Source: Rikenellaceae bacterium (GTDB lineage: Bacteria > Bacteroidota > Bacteroidia > Bacteroidales > Rikenellaceae). From it: DNA of 38,156 bases. This document shows, one piece after another, positions 18,001-27,334 of this stretch. The notes below the pieces were generated by a model, which was not told where the DNA came from, made no database searches, and saw only the letters and a program-made list of their open reading frames with translations. Made by a program: the position numbers and the translations under genes. Position 1 is the first letter of the stretch, and every line of letters starts with the position of its first letter. Location of the stretch: NCBI GenBank assembly GCA_045656065.1, contig JAZOQL010000013.1, positions 1 through 38,156 on the forward strand, written 5' to 3'.

Positions 18001-18423
18001 ATCAGCCGCACTGTTGATGGCTCCCTCGTAATTTCCGACATTCCTTTGGAAATTTCCGATGGATGCATCCATACCCTTGAGCTCGTTGTTGATTGCCTTG
18101 ATTGAAGGTGCAAGGTCAAGTCTCTGGGCTTCATCAGAGGTCTGCTTATATGTTTTGTTGAGGTCCTTGAGGATGTCGTTAAGCTGACGATAACTGACGT
18201 TCGATGCATCGATGACGTTATCGTTCTTCTGCATAACCTTCACCAACGCCATTTCCTGGTCAGCCAATTGCTTGGTCAACTCAGCGGTTTTTTCCTTGTC
18301 GTTCTTATACTCCTTAAGCTCTTCCCTGGTCCTTGTAATCTGGTTCACCAGTTCCTCGAATGCAGCCTGGAGTTGTGAGGCATCACCAGTAAATACGACT
18401 TTTTCTTCAATCTGTTCTGCCAT
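15073..18423 (-). CDS. Tape measure protein
   Basis: 1116 aa with long coiled-coil Ala/Glu/Lys-rich stretches. Internal hydrophobic segment LLSWQTLILAVIMVLAIFG. C-terminal Gly/Ala-rich hydrophobic region GPALGIAAAAAALAAGMANV. Confidence 0.75.
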   Translation of the reverse strand: MAEQIEEKVVFTGDASQLQAAFEELVNQITRTREELKEYKNDKEKTAELTKQLADQEMALVKVMQKNDNVIDASNVSYRQLNDILKDLNKTYKQTSDEAQRLDLAPSIKAINNELKGMDASIGNFQRNVGNYEGAINSAADSMSRSFISLAKTIPSLENGPEQFFMQLAQQIPSIVNAYRSLKEAGDAASVAASQDATAHRAEAGEAAESMEAHQAETTAVLQSAGSHLAEAEAVRDSAKAELEQARATLAAAQAKKNDLALTQARVQALMAEVASKVNLNGTDQELIINLETLNKLKAQNSQLTIDLAAATAELTAAEIGLTNAENKLAAAEKVVEEQRKMQTAGGALKGLIKTLLSWQTLILAVIMVLAIFGKDIIKWARNLNIFNKEAKQAARFQKEWNQAMQEGHRNAAKQLVDLQIYSKWATMASKSDKERTIAAKEVLKTMGSATTATNIAKVKNGEFAQSIDEVTKALIKQAQAEAMTSKITEKYKDVIDAMDKVAEARNGKIDALGSFQQTMGTVYSPTIGVGSMPTPEQTQKAMDDALQGSIKRAEENLKGVQNDFEQWLNKFLEEFNPSELLFGKNGGSGKGDNWFSKWELYIKEFEATLQKFQGEYEELDFASIWKYSAEGLKYYNKMYDEYIEHYKNDEKALREAQVNKQKYLNDFNEYHTKLQKQYLDSLKTELQVELDKLEEWHTVQVEIYKNAGEDTTGLEAEYTKRKQDILDKYVDKYKNALLERKALDLATSKTINEYNKAMMEVELANLQDTMDKEIKEYERKGIETTNLEEHYAQERLKITSKYAKEEADAAIAQIQRWEDARKRMNSVNTGYAMLLGNDANVKGERVWGAMGSTSVWGVERNKAELQGLEDEKKIYEESAKAQIEQMQKVLDSGKLVGQERLEMEAALADAQKELALGTLEYQLQIDQMRVDNAKAAFDEISGYLQQGFQGLSGIFDDVYTAVEKTMQVKVAEGKMTNEEAEKQLDEYRGIKAAAATMDALGSAVGAYNSLASIPYVGPALGIAAAAAALAAGMANVKLILATTKDNTGSGADSYVNAMPSLSDYQPQYVTNVTGKDDTDYLRNSLDEKPLRAFVVESDVTASQELATKRTNETTW

Positions 18424-18534
18424 ATTCTAACAATTTTAGATAAATATCATTTCTAAACACAATGGGGGCACCGCAAGGCACCCCCACACCCAGTCCATTA
18501 ACAAGGTAGCGACTCCGGTAGCAACGGCGGGTGA

Positions 18535-21500
18535 TTATCCTTCCTGATATATTCCGATGGTTCCGGAAACACCATTCTTTTCCATTTCCAAGTGTCCACT
18601 CCTGCCTTCACCACTTGTATTCGGGTCGCAGACTATGGTTCCACTCCAGACATTGTTCCCAAGATGGACGAAATTGTCCAAGGTGTGCCATTGCCCGTCG
18701 AAAGGTTCATCGTAATCGAATACCCAGTTTGCACCAGCATCGGCTCCTATGACTGTAACAGTGAACGCCGAACTTCCACCACTTGCCGGGAAGTACATAG
18801 TTCCAGGGTTAGGAACAACCAACGAACCCTCAGGTCCCAACTGTATGAAGTTGAACATCTGTCTATCGTCGTAGTCGCCAACAAGAACGACTGTGAACGT
18901 CCTCCAATCTGAGTCTGTGTCGGTATTCGTCAGAGCCGTAGCGGTAAAGGTCGTCTGTCCACTCGGATTGTGACCCATCCAGTAATTGTCTGAGAATTCA
19001 ATCCAGTCATAACCCGGACCGTTGCCACCCCAACCCTGGGTAGAGTTAACGGTGAACGTAACGACACCACCGGAAGCTGGAATCGGGTCTGGTGACATAA
19101 CACAGGTGGTCGTAGGTGTTTCACTCGTAGGGACCACAGGGTCAACATAGCTGGTGTAGTCAGTGATTGCCTGGACCTTCACAAATTCAACCCTCGTAAG
19201 GTCATTGGAACATACGTTCCAGTCGATGATGCGGTTAATTCTCCATAGGGAATCACCGAACCAATAGAACTGTCTCAGCAACCTTTCACCCTGTGTCTTT
19301 GGAAGCCTTACGTAGGTTTCGAGAATCCTTGTATTTACGTCATAGAGGTCATTGACGTAGCTTGACCAGAACCTGTCATAGATGTTCGCATTTTCGTTGT
19401 AATACACAAACGGTGTGTACAGTTCCTTGGTTTTACCGAAATCCCAGGCGTTGATGATGTATGAGCCGTTCTCGGTGTAGGTGTAACGACCGAATGAAGG
19501 CAGAGCACCGATTACGTCACATATCTGCTGACCGGACTTATTCCAGATAGTATTCGACCATAACCAGCAAGGATTGCTGTTGAAGGTCATCATTTCCGGC
19601 AGGTCATCAGAAAGGGTGTAATACACATAGTTGCCACTTGCGTCGTATGTTCCGACACTTCCATTGTAGAATACGAACACACCACTTCCATCGATAGGGT
19701 CCTTCTTGACATCCCTGAACTGAACCTTCGGGAATACGTCGTACATATCGCCATACTGACCGAGCGCAATGTCAGAGAAGTTGAGAGAACTACCAACATC
19801 AACAGAGTAGCTGTCTTCACCGTTACGAAGGCTGTACTTCACCCAGTTGAACAGAGGGGTAGGGTAGTTATCCTGACCATTGACAACCCTGTTGTAGAAG
19901 TAAGGTGACTTCTCAAGACCCTCGGCAGCATTGTTATACACAATACCTTCAAGAAGGTCCTCGGTCTCACTATCGAAATTATACCCGGTGTTGACCTTCT
20001 GTGCGCCGTAATCATTACCCCATTTGTTATAGTACTTGGTTTCGAACATACCCTTGTCGTTCTGGGTGTAGTTGAAACTGTACCATTTGTGCTTGAAGGT
20101 AAGCGGAGTTATCTTGGTGTCCCTTGCCATATCAATGCGGTCGGACCAATCCTGTATCGGGTTTGAATTGTAATACTTACCCCTCGTAAGGATTTCAACC
20201 CTCTTCCTAAGCGGGTCCTTACGCAGATACAGTCCGAACGTCTTAAGATAACCGAGCAAATAGTCGCAAGGCGTACCATCAACGTTGAGCAACACCTGTT
20301 TTGTGACCTTTGCACCGGAGTTAATTTTGGTACCACCACCATAATATGCCTGACCAGTCATAACTGGCTTTATCCAACTTGAATCCTTTGTGTTTGCGGT
20401 ATAGTTGGACTCCGTTATCGAGGTTGACGCATAAAGCTTGCCCAACCTTGAACCGTAGGTATTGACCCACTCACCCCTGTACGTCTGCACCTGGGTAAGG
20501 TTCGCCATCATCGTAGCATACAGTTTCACAGTGGCAACCTTGCTGTTGTTGGTGTTCATCTTCAAAGTGATGTCCTCAGCCCACTGATAGGTTCCTGCAC
20601 TTACCTTTGAAAAGTAACCGAGCCTGTTCTGGATGCTTGCATTCGCATATCCCGGCTGATACAACGTCTGGGTAAGGTTGAGGTATGAACCGTTAACCTC
20701 GGAAGTGAGGTTGTAGATGTCACTACCACAAACAACGTTACCCTGGGCGTCGAAACCTACCAACTGGTAAACGTATGAACCATAGTCAACCCTTGAATTG
20801 CTACCGGACACATACGCAGATGTGTAGAGTGTGTTCACCGTCGCAGGGTCCCTCGGATAAGAGTAATCCCTTGCAGTGAGCATAGGTCTGAACGTAACCT
20901 CCAATGCGGTGGTTCCCTGACCCCTTGCGGAGTCTTCCCTCAAAGTGTAGATGGTGTTCGCCTGACCGTTAAGGGTCATAGTACTGGAGATTGATACCGA
21001 CCAAGGCTGTGTGGTCTCGTCCTCGTACTCCATATCAGTGAGCAACGGCAAAGTCACCCAGGCGTCCTCATAGTAGGTATTCCCGACATTAAAGAAATCC
21101 GGGTCGAGAGAAACATCATAACCACCATTCTGCGTCGGGTCACAGCAAGCATTTATAAGCTTCTTGACCCTCAGCACTGGTCTCTGAAGGTATGAACGAA
21201 GGTCCCTTATTTCCCACTCGTTCATTTTCCCGTTAATTTCACCAAAGCCGTAGCCGTTGATGGTTGAATATGTCTTGCCACTTGCGGTTACCGACGTAGG
21301 GAAACCCTGAACGACGTTCGTATTGCTTCCTTCCCTCACCCTTACATCATCAGTGAACCCTGTGGTGTTGATTAGCACCCTGTCCGCATCAATGGAATCC
21401 GGGTAACCATTATAGCAAGGTGCGAAGTTAATTACACCCCATTTCGGATTGGAGCTTTCAGTATGCTCCGAAAGTGTGAGCCAGGCGGCTTTGACTGTCT

Positions 21501-21993
21501 GCCAGGTGATGTTGAAGTCAAGCTCGGTCTCAGGATTGCCACTCGTACCGCCAGTCACAAGGTAGTTAAGGTCACAAAGCCTGAGTTCCTCACCAGTATC
21601 GGAATAAGTGAGCGAATATAGGAAATCGCCGACACCGCCATACAATGTTACGTTGTATGTAACAGTATTGTTTTTCCTGTTGACAGCATCAAGCTTGACG
21701 TATCCGGTCTCATAGAGGTCTCCATCAACGAACAGTTTGAAATCAGTTCGCTTGGAAGGATTGAAGTAACCCTCGATTTCACCGTTTGTCGCCTGGGTAC
21801 GGGTAAGGTCCCAAATATCATTGAATATCTGGTTGTTCCTTGGTGTGCCCTCAACCTGTACGGTCTTGGTGTATGAGTTTTTCACTGCGGTCGGGTTCTG
21901 GATGGAGTCCATATCGAACTGGTACAGAATCGAAGGCTCCTTGCTGAACTCAAGTTCCTCACCGCCAATGAAGAGTCTTACTTTCTGGTGCAT
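18535..21993 (-). CDS. Large tail-tip / baseplate (Tal-like) structural protein with two C-terminal BACON-like domains
   Basis: ATG at 21993 (MHQKVRLFIGGEELEF...) is preceded by AGGAGATAAT and lies 1 nt after the upstream stop. The C-terminus has ...PIPASGGVVTFTVNSTQGW... and ...MYFPASGGSSAFTVTVIGADAGANW... . Confidence 0.5.
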   Translation of the reverse strand: MHQKVRLFIGGEELEFSKEPSILYQFDMDSIQNPTAVKNSYTKTVQVEGTPRNNQIFNDIWDLTRTQATNGEIEGYFNPSKRTDFKLFVDGDLYETGYVKLDAVNRKNNTVTYNVTLYGGVGDFLYSLTYSDTGEELRLCDLNYLVTGGTSGNPETELDFNITWQTVKAAWLTLSEHTESSNPKWGVINFAPCYNGYPDSIDADRVLINTTGFTDDVRVREGSNTNVVQGFPTSVTASGKTYSTINGYGFGEINGKMNEWEIRDLRSYLQRPVLRVKKLINACCDPTQNGGYDVSLDPDFFNVGNTYYEDAWVTLPLLTDMEYEDETTQPWSVSISSTMTLNGQANTIYTLREDSARGQGTTALEVTFRPMLTARDYSYPRDPATVNTLYTSAYVSGSNSRVDYGSYVYQLVGFDAQGNVVCGSDIYNLTSEVNGSYLNLTQTLYQPGYANASIQNRLGYFSKVSAGTYQWAEDITLKMNTNNSKVATVKLYATMMANLTQVQTYRGEWVNTYGSRLGKLYASTSITESNYTANTKDSSWIKPVMTGQAYYGGGTKINSGAKVTKQVLLNVDGTPCDYLLGYLKTFGLYLRKDPLRKRVEILTRGKYYNSNPIQDWSDRIDMARDTKITPLTFKHKWYSFNYTQNDKGMFETKYYNKWGNDYGAQKVNTGYNFDSETEDLLEGIVYNNAAEGLEKSPYFYNRVVNGQDNYPTPLFNWVKYSLRNGEDSYSVDVGSSLNFSDIALGQYGDMYDVFPKVQFRDVKKDPIDGSGVFVFYNGSVGTYDASGNYVYYTLSDDLPEMMTFNSNPCWLWSNTIWNKSGQQICDVIGALPSFGRYTYTENGSYIINAWDFGKTKELYTPFVYYNENANIYDRFWSSYVNDLYDVNTRILETYVRLPKTQGERLLRQFYWFGDSLWRINRIIDWNVCSNDLTRVEFVKVQAITDYTSYVDPVVPTSETPTTTCVMSPDPIPASGGVVTFTVNSTQGWGGNGPGYDWIEFSDNYWMGHNPSGQTTFTATALTNTDTDSDWRTFTVVLVGDYDDRQMFNFIQLGPEGSLVVPNPGTMYFPASGGSSAFTVTVIGADAGANWVFDYDEPFDGQWHTLDNFVHLGNNVWSGTIVCDPNTSGEGRSGHLEMEKNGVSGTIGIYQEG

Positions 21994-21994
21994 A

Positions 21995-22522
21995 TTATCT
22001 CCTGATTCTGGTTTGTGATTCTTCGACCGAAACAGTGTACTGAACAAACCTGCGATTGTTCGTAGCAAACGTCTTATACTCTGCCACACTGTTCGTAATA
22101 AAGGCTGGTCTGATTTCATCTGTAATTAGGTTGTGTAGGTATAATTTTGTCGTTGGCAGGAGGTCCGATGCCAACCTCTCGGCTTCCTCGTCAGACAGCC
22201 ACCCGGTATTCAGTTGGTACGTCGGTGAAATCTCGACCATATATCGGTTGTTCTCGAAATTGATGGTCTGGTTGCTCACCGTCCTGTTGTACCTATGGTC
22301 CGTAAGGTTGTCGGTACGCTTGCACTTGCCTTCGAACAGGAACGAATTCCAACCACCGTATTTGTTGACATAGTAAACGGCATAGTCACCACAATAACTA
22401 CAGTCGTATGTGACCGAGTTATTGATGGTGATTTTTGCGTTGCTTGCACCGAGGTCCGAACAGTCCCTGACCCAGGTTGAAACTCCGGCTGGAAACGTTT
22501 TGGTATTTGATATAACTGCCAT
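21995..22522 (-). CDS. Distal-tail/baseplate protein candidate
   Basis: 175 aa, coupled to the large tail-tip gene. Pattern YYVNKYGGWNSFLFEG...TGWLSDEEAERLASDLLPTTKLYLHN. The assignment rests mainly on position. Confidence 0.3.
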   Translation of the reverse strand: MAVISNTKTFPAGVSTWVRDCSDLGASNAKITINNSVTYDCSYCGDYAVYYVNKYGGWNSFLFEGKCKRTDNLTDHRYNRTVSNQTINFENNRYMVEISPTYQLNTGWLSDEEAERLASDLLPTTKLYLHNLITDEIRPAFITNSVAEYKTFATNNRRFVQYTVSVEESQTRIRR

Positions 22523-22548
22523 TGTTCAAGTTTTACATAGATATTATT

Positions 22549-24978
22549 TTACGCATCACCGACCGCACTCCAATTGAAGTATCCGAGGTAGTAACGGTCC
22601 TCGCTCATCCAGGAACTATAGTCAGCCCCGGCAGGGTAATGCAGTGTTCCACCTTGCGGTATCAACTGGAACGAATACTGAAGCACCGTTGGCGCCGTAG
22701 TGCCAAGTGCGGTTATCGACATTAGCGAATCACAGCTACAGAACACACCCTCTTCGAGTTTGGTGATGTTAGCCGGAATGGTTATCGAAGGCAGTGATTC
22801 ACACCTGTAGAACAAGCTGTCGCCGAGAACCGTCATACCCCTACCAATGGTAACCGCAGTCAAGTTGTGCATATCTGTGAACGCAAAGTCGGAAACATCC
22901 GTAACACTGTCCGGTATAATCAACTCAGGTACCGCACTGTAACTCAGTATATTGTTTCCTATATGTACAAGACCCTCGTTGAGCGTCAGTGAGGTCAAGC
23001 TTTCAGTGTATTGCAATGCGTTCGCTGAAATGTACCTTAGTGAAGGTGGAGCGACGAAAGTCCTGATGCCCGTATTTGCAAACATATCCATACCGAGGCT
23101 TTCGCACATAGAAGGCTGTGCAAATGTCACCGCAGTAAGGTTGGTACATCCGCTGAATACATTCGGGTAGGCTCCGGTTACGTTCTGTGCGATTTCAACT
23201 TTCCTCAGATATTGGTTGTTCATCCACATCTGCCAACCGATGCTTCCTGTTTCTCCACTGACCTGGAACTTGACGATATGCTCACCAGCTTCCGAGAAGT
23301 TGTAGTACTTGGAAAGTGGAACGTCAACGCCATCAACCCTCATAGTCTGTTTGAGCGTTTGAGTTCCGGTACGCCCGGTTTGAGCCATAGTTGACATTAC
23401 GAGGTTATTTCCAGACTGAGGGAAGTCGAACGTACACACAATCCAGAAGTTCGAAGGGTCGTTGTCTTCCTGGTATAGAGGCACCTGTATTGAATGGTCT
23501 GAGTTGTAAACGACAAGAGTGTCAGTCTTTGACGTTGAATATGGGTTGAAACCACAGGTAACGCTGATGGTTGTGGTACCGCTGCCACCACTATTCTGAC
23601 TTACAGTAAACCAACCTGATGTGTTGCCACTGATTTGCCAGCCGTAGTTACTGGTAATGGTGAGCGTCTTGGTACCACCTTCGTTGGTCCAGTTGAGTGA
23701 AGAAGGAACGACCGTAAGGGTTTTTTCCATATTCTTCTGAGAAACTACCGCAGTAGCGGTTGAACTGTCGCTACCGATGACCACAATCCTTCCAGTCTTT
23801 TCATTGAAAGTCTGGTTTGGCTGCGTAGTGCCAGTAAATGTGAACGTTCCAGCACCGCCGGAAGTTGAACCATTGATGGTAATCCATTCAGGATAGGAAT
23901 CAAGCCTCCAAGATACGTTTGAAGTAACAGTGAAAACCTGTGAGCCGCCAGTATAAGAGAATACGTAAGTCGTAGGAGCAATGGTGATGCTCGACTCGAA
24001 CGCATCCTGGGTAACAGTCACAGGAACACTCTCGGAACCAGCAGCAAATACGACGACGCCGTTTCTGGTTTCGGTCCTCAAATTACCCTGGGCAACAAGG
24101 TCAACAGTCGCATTTCCGTTTCCTGATGATATAGGTGCGACAATCCAATCAGGCTTGCTCTGTATGTACCAGTTACCGTTCGTAACAACAGACACCTGCT
24201 TAATCTCGCCATCGGCAATATAGTGCAGGCTCAAAGGAGAAACCGCAAGGTTGATGTGGTATCCCTGGGTTACTGGAATGGTCAAAGTTCTGTCACCGTA
24301 ACTTATTACGATGGACCCGTCCCTTCCGGTTCCGGCTGGGTTCTCGGTGGCGGTAAAAACGACCTCGGTGTTCGACACAGCGGAATAACTTCCACTACCT
24401 GTCAGGGTAGAAGCACTCAACCAATCTGGCATTGAAATAATGGTCCAGGATGTATTTGTTGAAATTGACATTGTTCGAGAACCTCCGGTCCAGTCATAAC
24501 TCAACGAACTTGGGAATGTGTTGACAAACAAATCGTACTCGATGTCATAGTTGAAGGTTGTGGAACCAGTGTTGTATATGGTGAACATCGACCGCATCCT
24601 CGAATCAATGTGACCGTTGATTGGCTCTGTCATCATATACCTCGTCTGACCAGTCCACCTGTCCTCGTATGACCAGTCGTAGATGAAATTGTACGTCTCA
24701 AGTAGCTCGGTGCCAGGCAACTGCCTGATTTGGTAATTCTTGCTGGCTTCACTGTTCTTGACAACATCATCGAACGCACCCCTTATGTCGGTATCGAAAT
24801 CAGGAGTGACATATTCCTCGACAATGTTGTTGACATTGATTGTGATGCCAGTCTGGTCAGGCATACGCATAGTGTAGCCGTTATGAACGGTGTTTCCACT
24901 TTCATCGGCTATCACATAATCAAGTGTATCTGCGTTGCTCTTGAACGTAATATCTTTCCAAATTGGTGAGTATATCAT
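22549..24978 (-). CDS. Virion surface protein: IWKD/TEPINGH N-domain, four BACON domains, BspA-type leucine-rich repeats (LRR_5-like)
   Basis: Four units of the type ...GGS..(V/L)(T/S)(V/I).SN..W......W(L/I)......G.G......R.G.I.V......VTQ. LRR region: VFSGCTNLTAVTF...PPSLRYISANALQYTESLTSLTL...IPDSVTDVSDFAFTDMHNLTAVTI...FYRCESLPSITIPANITKLEEGVFCSCDSL. Confidence 0.65.
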   Translation of the reverse strand: MIYSPIWKDITFKSNADTLDYVIADESGNTVHNGYTMRMPDQTGITINVNNIVEEYVTPDFDTDIRGAFDDVVKNSEASKNYQIRQLPGTELLETYNFIYDWSYEDRWTGQTRYMMTEPINGHIDSRMRSMFTIYNTGSTTFNYDIEYDLFVNTFPSSLSYDWTGGSRTMSISTNTSWTIISMPDWLSASTLTGSGSYSAVSNTEVVFTATENPAGTGRDGSIVISYGDRTLTIPVTQGYHINLAVSPLSLHYIADGEIKQVSVVTNGNWYIQSKPDWIVAPISSGNGNATVDLVAQGNLRTETRNGVVVFAAGSESVPVTVTQDAFESSITIAPTTYVFSYTGGSQVFTVTSNVSWRLDSYPEWITINGSTSGGAGTFTFTGTTQPNQTFNEKTGRIVVIGSDSSTATAVVSQKNMEKTLTVVPSSLNWTNEGGTKTLTITSNYGWQISGNTSGWFTVSQNSGGSGTTTISVTCGFNPYSTSKTDTLVVYNSDHSIQVPLYQEDNDPSNFWIVCTFDFPQSGNNLVMSTMAQTGRTGTQTLKQTMRVDGVDVPLSKYYNFSEAGEHIVKFQVSGETGSIGWQMWMNNQYLRKVEIAQNVTGAYPNVFSGCTNLTAVTFAQPSMCESLGMDMFANTGIRTFVAPPSLRYISANALQYTESLTSLTLNEGLVHIGNNILSYSAVPELIIPDSVTDVSDFAFTDMHNLTAVTIGRGMTVLGDSLFYRCESLPSITIPANITKLEEGVFCSCDSLMSITALGTTAPTVLQYSFQLIPQGGTLHYPAGADYSSWMSEDRYYLGYFNWSAVGDA

Positions 24979-24997
24979 ATTCGTTTATTTTTATCCA

Positions 24998-26674
24998 TTA
25001 TAAATCATCCACAACAGTCCAGTTATAGTAACCGAGGTAGAACTGTTCGGAGCCCATCCAGGAACTGTAATCAGCACCAGCCGGGATGTGCAGCGTACCG
25101 TTCACTGAAGCACTGTGCATATAGAAACTTGTACTGGTAATCGTAGGTGCCACAAGAGCATAACAGGTAATCTCGGTCATTTGGTTATTTGCAAAAACAG
25201 TCAACCCTATGCTTGTTATTGTACTCGGTAGGATAATCCTTCTCAACCTTGCTTCACCTGAGTAGTTGGCAAACGCACCATCAGGCACCGTAGTCACCGG
25301 ACCGTCGAATATCATCTTGTACCCATTCGTAATCCTCTCGGTCGTAATGTAGTTTGCACCCCATCCGGTCGTCACTACCGTACCCTGTTCCATACCTCTG
25401 TTGGTGTAGTAAGTAACAGAATATTCATCCGGTATCTGACTAAACTGCGTAACGTCAATGTTCACACTCATATCGACACCGTTAAGCTTCACATTGATTG
25501 TACCAGTTCTTTCGTTTCCGGTTGAGTTTGAAAGACAGTTGACCGTAAACCCGGTATTGCCAAGGCTCGTAATAGAAAGCCAGGCGCTCTGGGTCGTTGC
25601 CATATATGATGTCGATGCCGTAACATTGAAAGTGGTGTCACCACCATTTACAAGGAATGAGGCTGACGTAGGTGATACGGACAATGTGTGTGCATACTGC
25701 GAAACCGTTACAACCTTTACCTCGTTCCCACTGGTGACCCTGATGCTTCCGGTCCTTGAAGCTGAGCCGGAATTGTTCTGACAAGTCACCACAAACCCGC
25801 CAGAATTCCTCGTTACGCTCAGGAAACTATCTTCACTGGTAACACTCCAATTGCCGGACAATGAATCGACGGAGACATTCGCAGTTCCACCCGAAGCCTG
25901 GAATTCAAGCGACAGTGGAGTTACATTGAAGTATCTGTCACCGCTATTGTATATGAAGTAGCCGACATCCCTCTGACTGTCACCGTACTCTGTGTACATA
26001 GCCTTCATCCTTGGGTCAAGGTGCCCGTTGATTGGCTCGGTCATCACATAGGGGCTTTCACCCTGCCAGTCGCCACCATAGTCCATAAGGAACTCGTAGT
26101 TCATCACCTCGTATCCGTCCTCACCGCACAGTGAAAAATACCTGACGGCATTCTCGTTCTCAACCACATCATCGTCAAGCTCCCTGATGTCAGGCAATAC
26201 ATTCTTGAGATAGTTCTGGCAAATCTTGTTCACCTGGACGTAACACCCGCCGTCACCCGGACGACAGTACGACGTTCCGAAATAGACAGACACACCGCTG
26301 GTGACGATTGAGTAACTGAACGAGCTTCTGTTCGATGCATAAAAATACGTATCCTTCCAGATTGAACATTTTGTTAATTCCCCGGTTCCCTGGGTTACAT
26401 AGATGTAGTTCGTCCAGGTCTGACCGCTGGTGTCGGTGCATTGGAACGTTATCCTGTCATTCCTGACACCACCAGTGTTCTCGGCAACGGTGAAACGGTA
26501 GCTCACAACGTAATCGTCACCCTCCTGACCCGCACCGATGAAATCGTATGTAATCCAGGACGGGCACACTGGGTACTGCTCGTTCCCACCCACCGTATTC
26601 TCATAGAAAACAGTCGGTGAAAAGGTGCCTCCGGTATGTGAGAATCCTACACTTTGGGTATCAACTTGTATCAT
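24998..26674 (-). CDS. Paralogous virion surface protein: BACON, IWKD/TEPINGH domain, two BACON domains, short BspA-type LRR cap
   Basis: Shares IWKD...VMTEPINGHLDPRMKAMYTEY and the C-terminus GTLHIPAGADYSSWMGSEQFYLGYYNWTVVDDL with 22549..24978. Confidence 0.65.
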   Translation of the reverse strand: MIQVDTQSVGFSHTGGTFSPTVFYENTVGGNEQYPVCPSWITYDFIGAGQEGDDYVVSYRFTVAENTGGVRNDRITFQCTDTSGQTWTNYIYVTQGTGELTKCSIWKDTYFYASNRSSFSYSIVTSGVSVYFGTSYCRPGDGGCYVQVNKICQNYLKNVLPDIRELDDDVVENENAVRYFSLCGEDGYEVMNYEFLMDYGGDWQGESPYVMTEPINGHLDPRMKAMYTEYGDSQRDVGYFIYNSGDRYFNVTPLSLEFQASGGTANVSVDSLSGNWSVTSEDSFLSVTRNSGGFVVTCQNNSGSASRTGSIRVTSGNEVKVVTVSQYAHTLSVSPTSASFLVNGGDTTFNVTASTSYMATTQSAWLSITSLGNTGFTVNCLSNSTGNERTGTINVKLNGVDMSVNIDVTQFSQIPDEYSVTYYTNRGMEQGTVVTTGWGANYITTERITNGYKMIFDGPVTTVPDGAFANYSGEARLRRIILPSTITSIGLTVFANNQMTEITCYALVAPTITSTSFYMHSASVNGTLHIPAGADYSSWMGSEQFYLGYYNWTVVDDL

Positions 26675-26698
26675 ATAAAACTGTTTGAAATAAATATC

Positions 26699-27334
26699 TT
26701 ATAGGACCATTATGTCCGTAATCGTCTTGTCGGTCCAAACACCGTCACCCTTGGTGAGATTGACACCTGACCACAGTTCACCTACAACGGTGTGGAAGTC
26801 ACTGCTTACGTCCTTCGCCAGAGCCTCGGCAATCATCTTCCTGAAAGCATCCATCGTTTCCTTAACGCTGTCCCTGAGGATTGGTTTTGGTTCAATGCCA
26901 TTCTTCGCAATGTTCGTAGCAATAGCCCAGGCAAGACCGGAAGTCTGCTTGCTGACGTCCAACGCTCCGAGGTTCGGGGTCAGGGACGCATAGTTCGGAA
27001 CGCCCCTCTGGGTGTCACTTGGAATTATGTGCTTCCACTCAATCCACTTCTCGATAGCCTCAATCGGTGGAAGGTGACCCTTGTATTCGCTGCCGTATGC
27101 CTTGCGACCTGACTCGACGAATTTCCAGTAACTCATAAGGTTGATTGAAACCTTCATTCGTCCGTTGCCGTCAATGTCAGCCGTATGGATTGTGACGCTC
27201 TTGAACAGTTCCCTGGAAGCAAGAGCATCATACTTTTCAAGTCCGTCCTTGTAAGCCTCACATACAGCCTGGGCAAACTCCATAAGGACCGCCCTGGTGT
27301 TCTCGTACTTTAATACCTGTGTGCCATCTGCCAT
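26699..27334 (-). CDS. Hypothetical virion-module protein (possibly HK97 gp10-like neck/tail completion)
   Basis: 211 aa. SYWKFVESGRKAYG...LPPIEAIEKWIEWK gives only a weak resemblance. Confidence 0.3.
   Translation of the reverse strand: MADGTQVLKYENTRAVLMEFAQAVCEAYKDGLEKYDALASRELFKSVTIHTADIDGNGRMKVSINLMSYWKFVESGRKAYGSEYKGHLPPIEAIEKWIEWKHIIPSDTQRGVPNYASLTPNLGALDVSKQTSGLAWAIATNIAKNGIEPKPILRDSVKETMDAFRKMIAEALAKDVSSDFHTVVGELWSGVNLTKGDGVWTDKTITDIMVL

Noticed and set aside
21994-22119. 42-codon N-terminal extension of the 1194-aa ORF
   Set aside because: It overlaps the end of the upstream gene. The internal ATG at 21993 has an AGGAGA motif and sits 1 nt after the upstream stop, so the shorter model is preferred.
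22549-26674. Possibility that the repeated BACON units mark a CRISPR-like array or a diversity-generating retroelement target
   Set aside because: The repeats are protein-domain repeats of about 240 nt with low DNA identity and no spacer-repeat periodicity. No reverse transcriptase or template/variable repeat pair is present anywhere in the genome.
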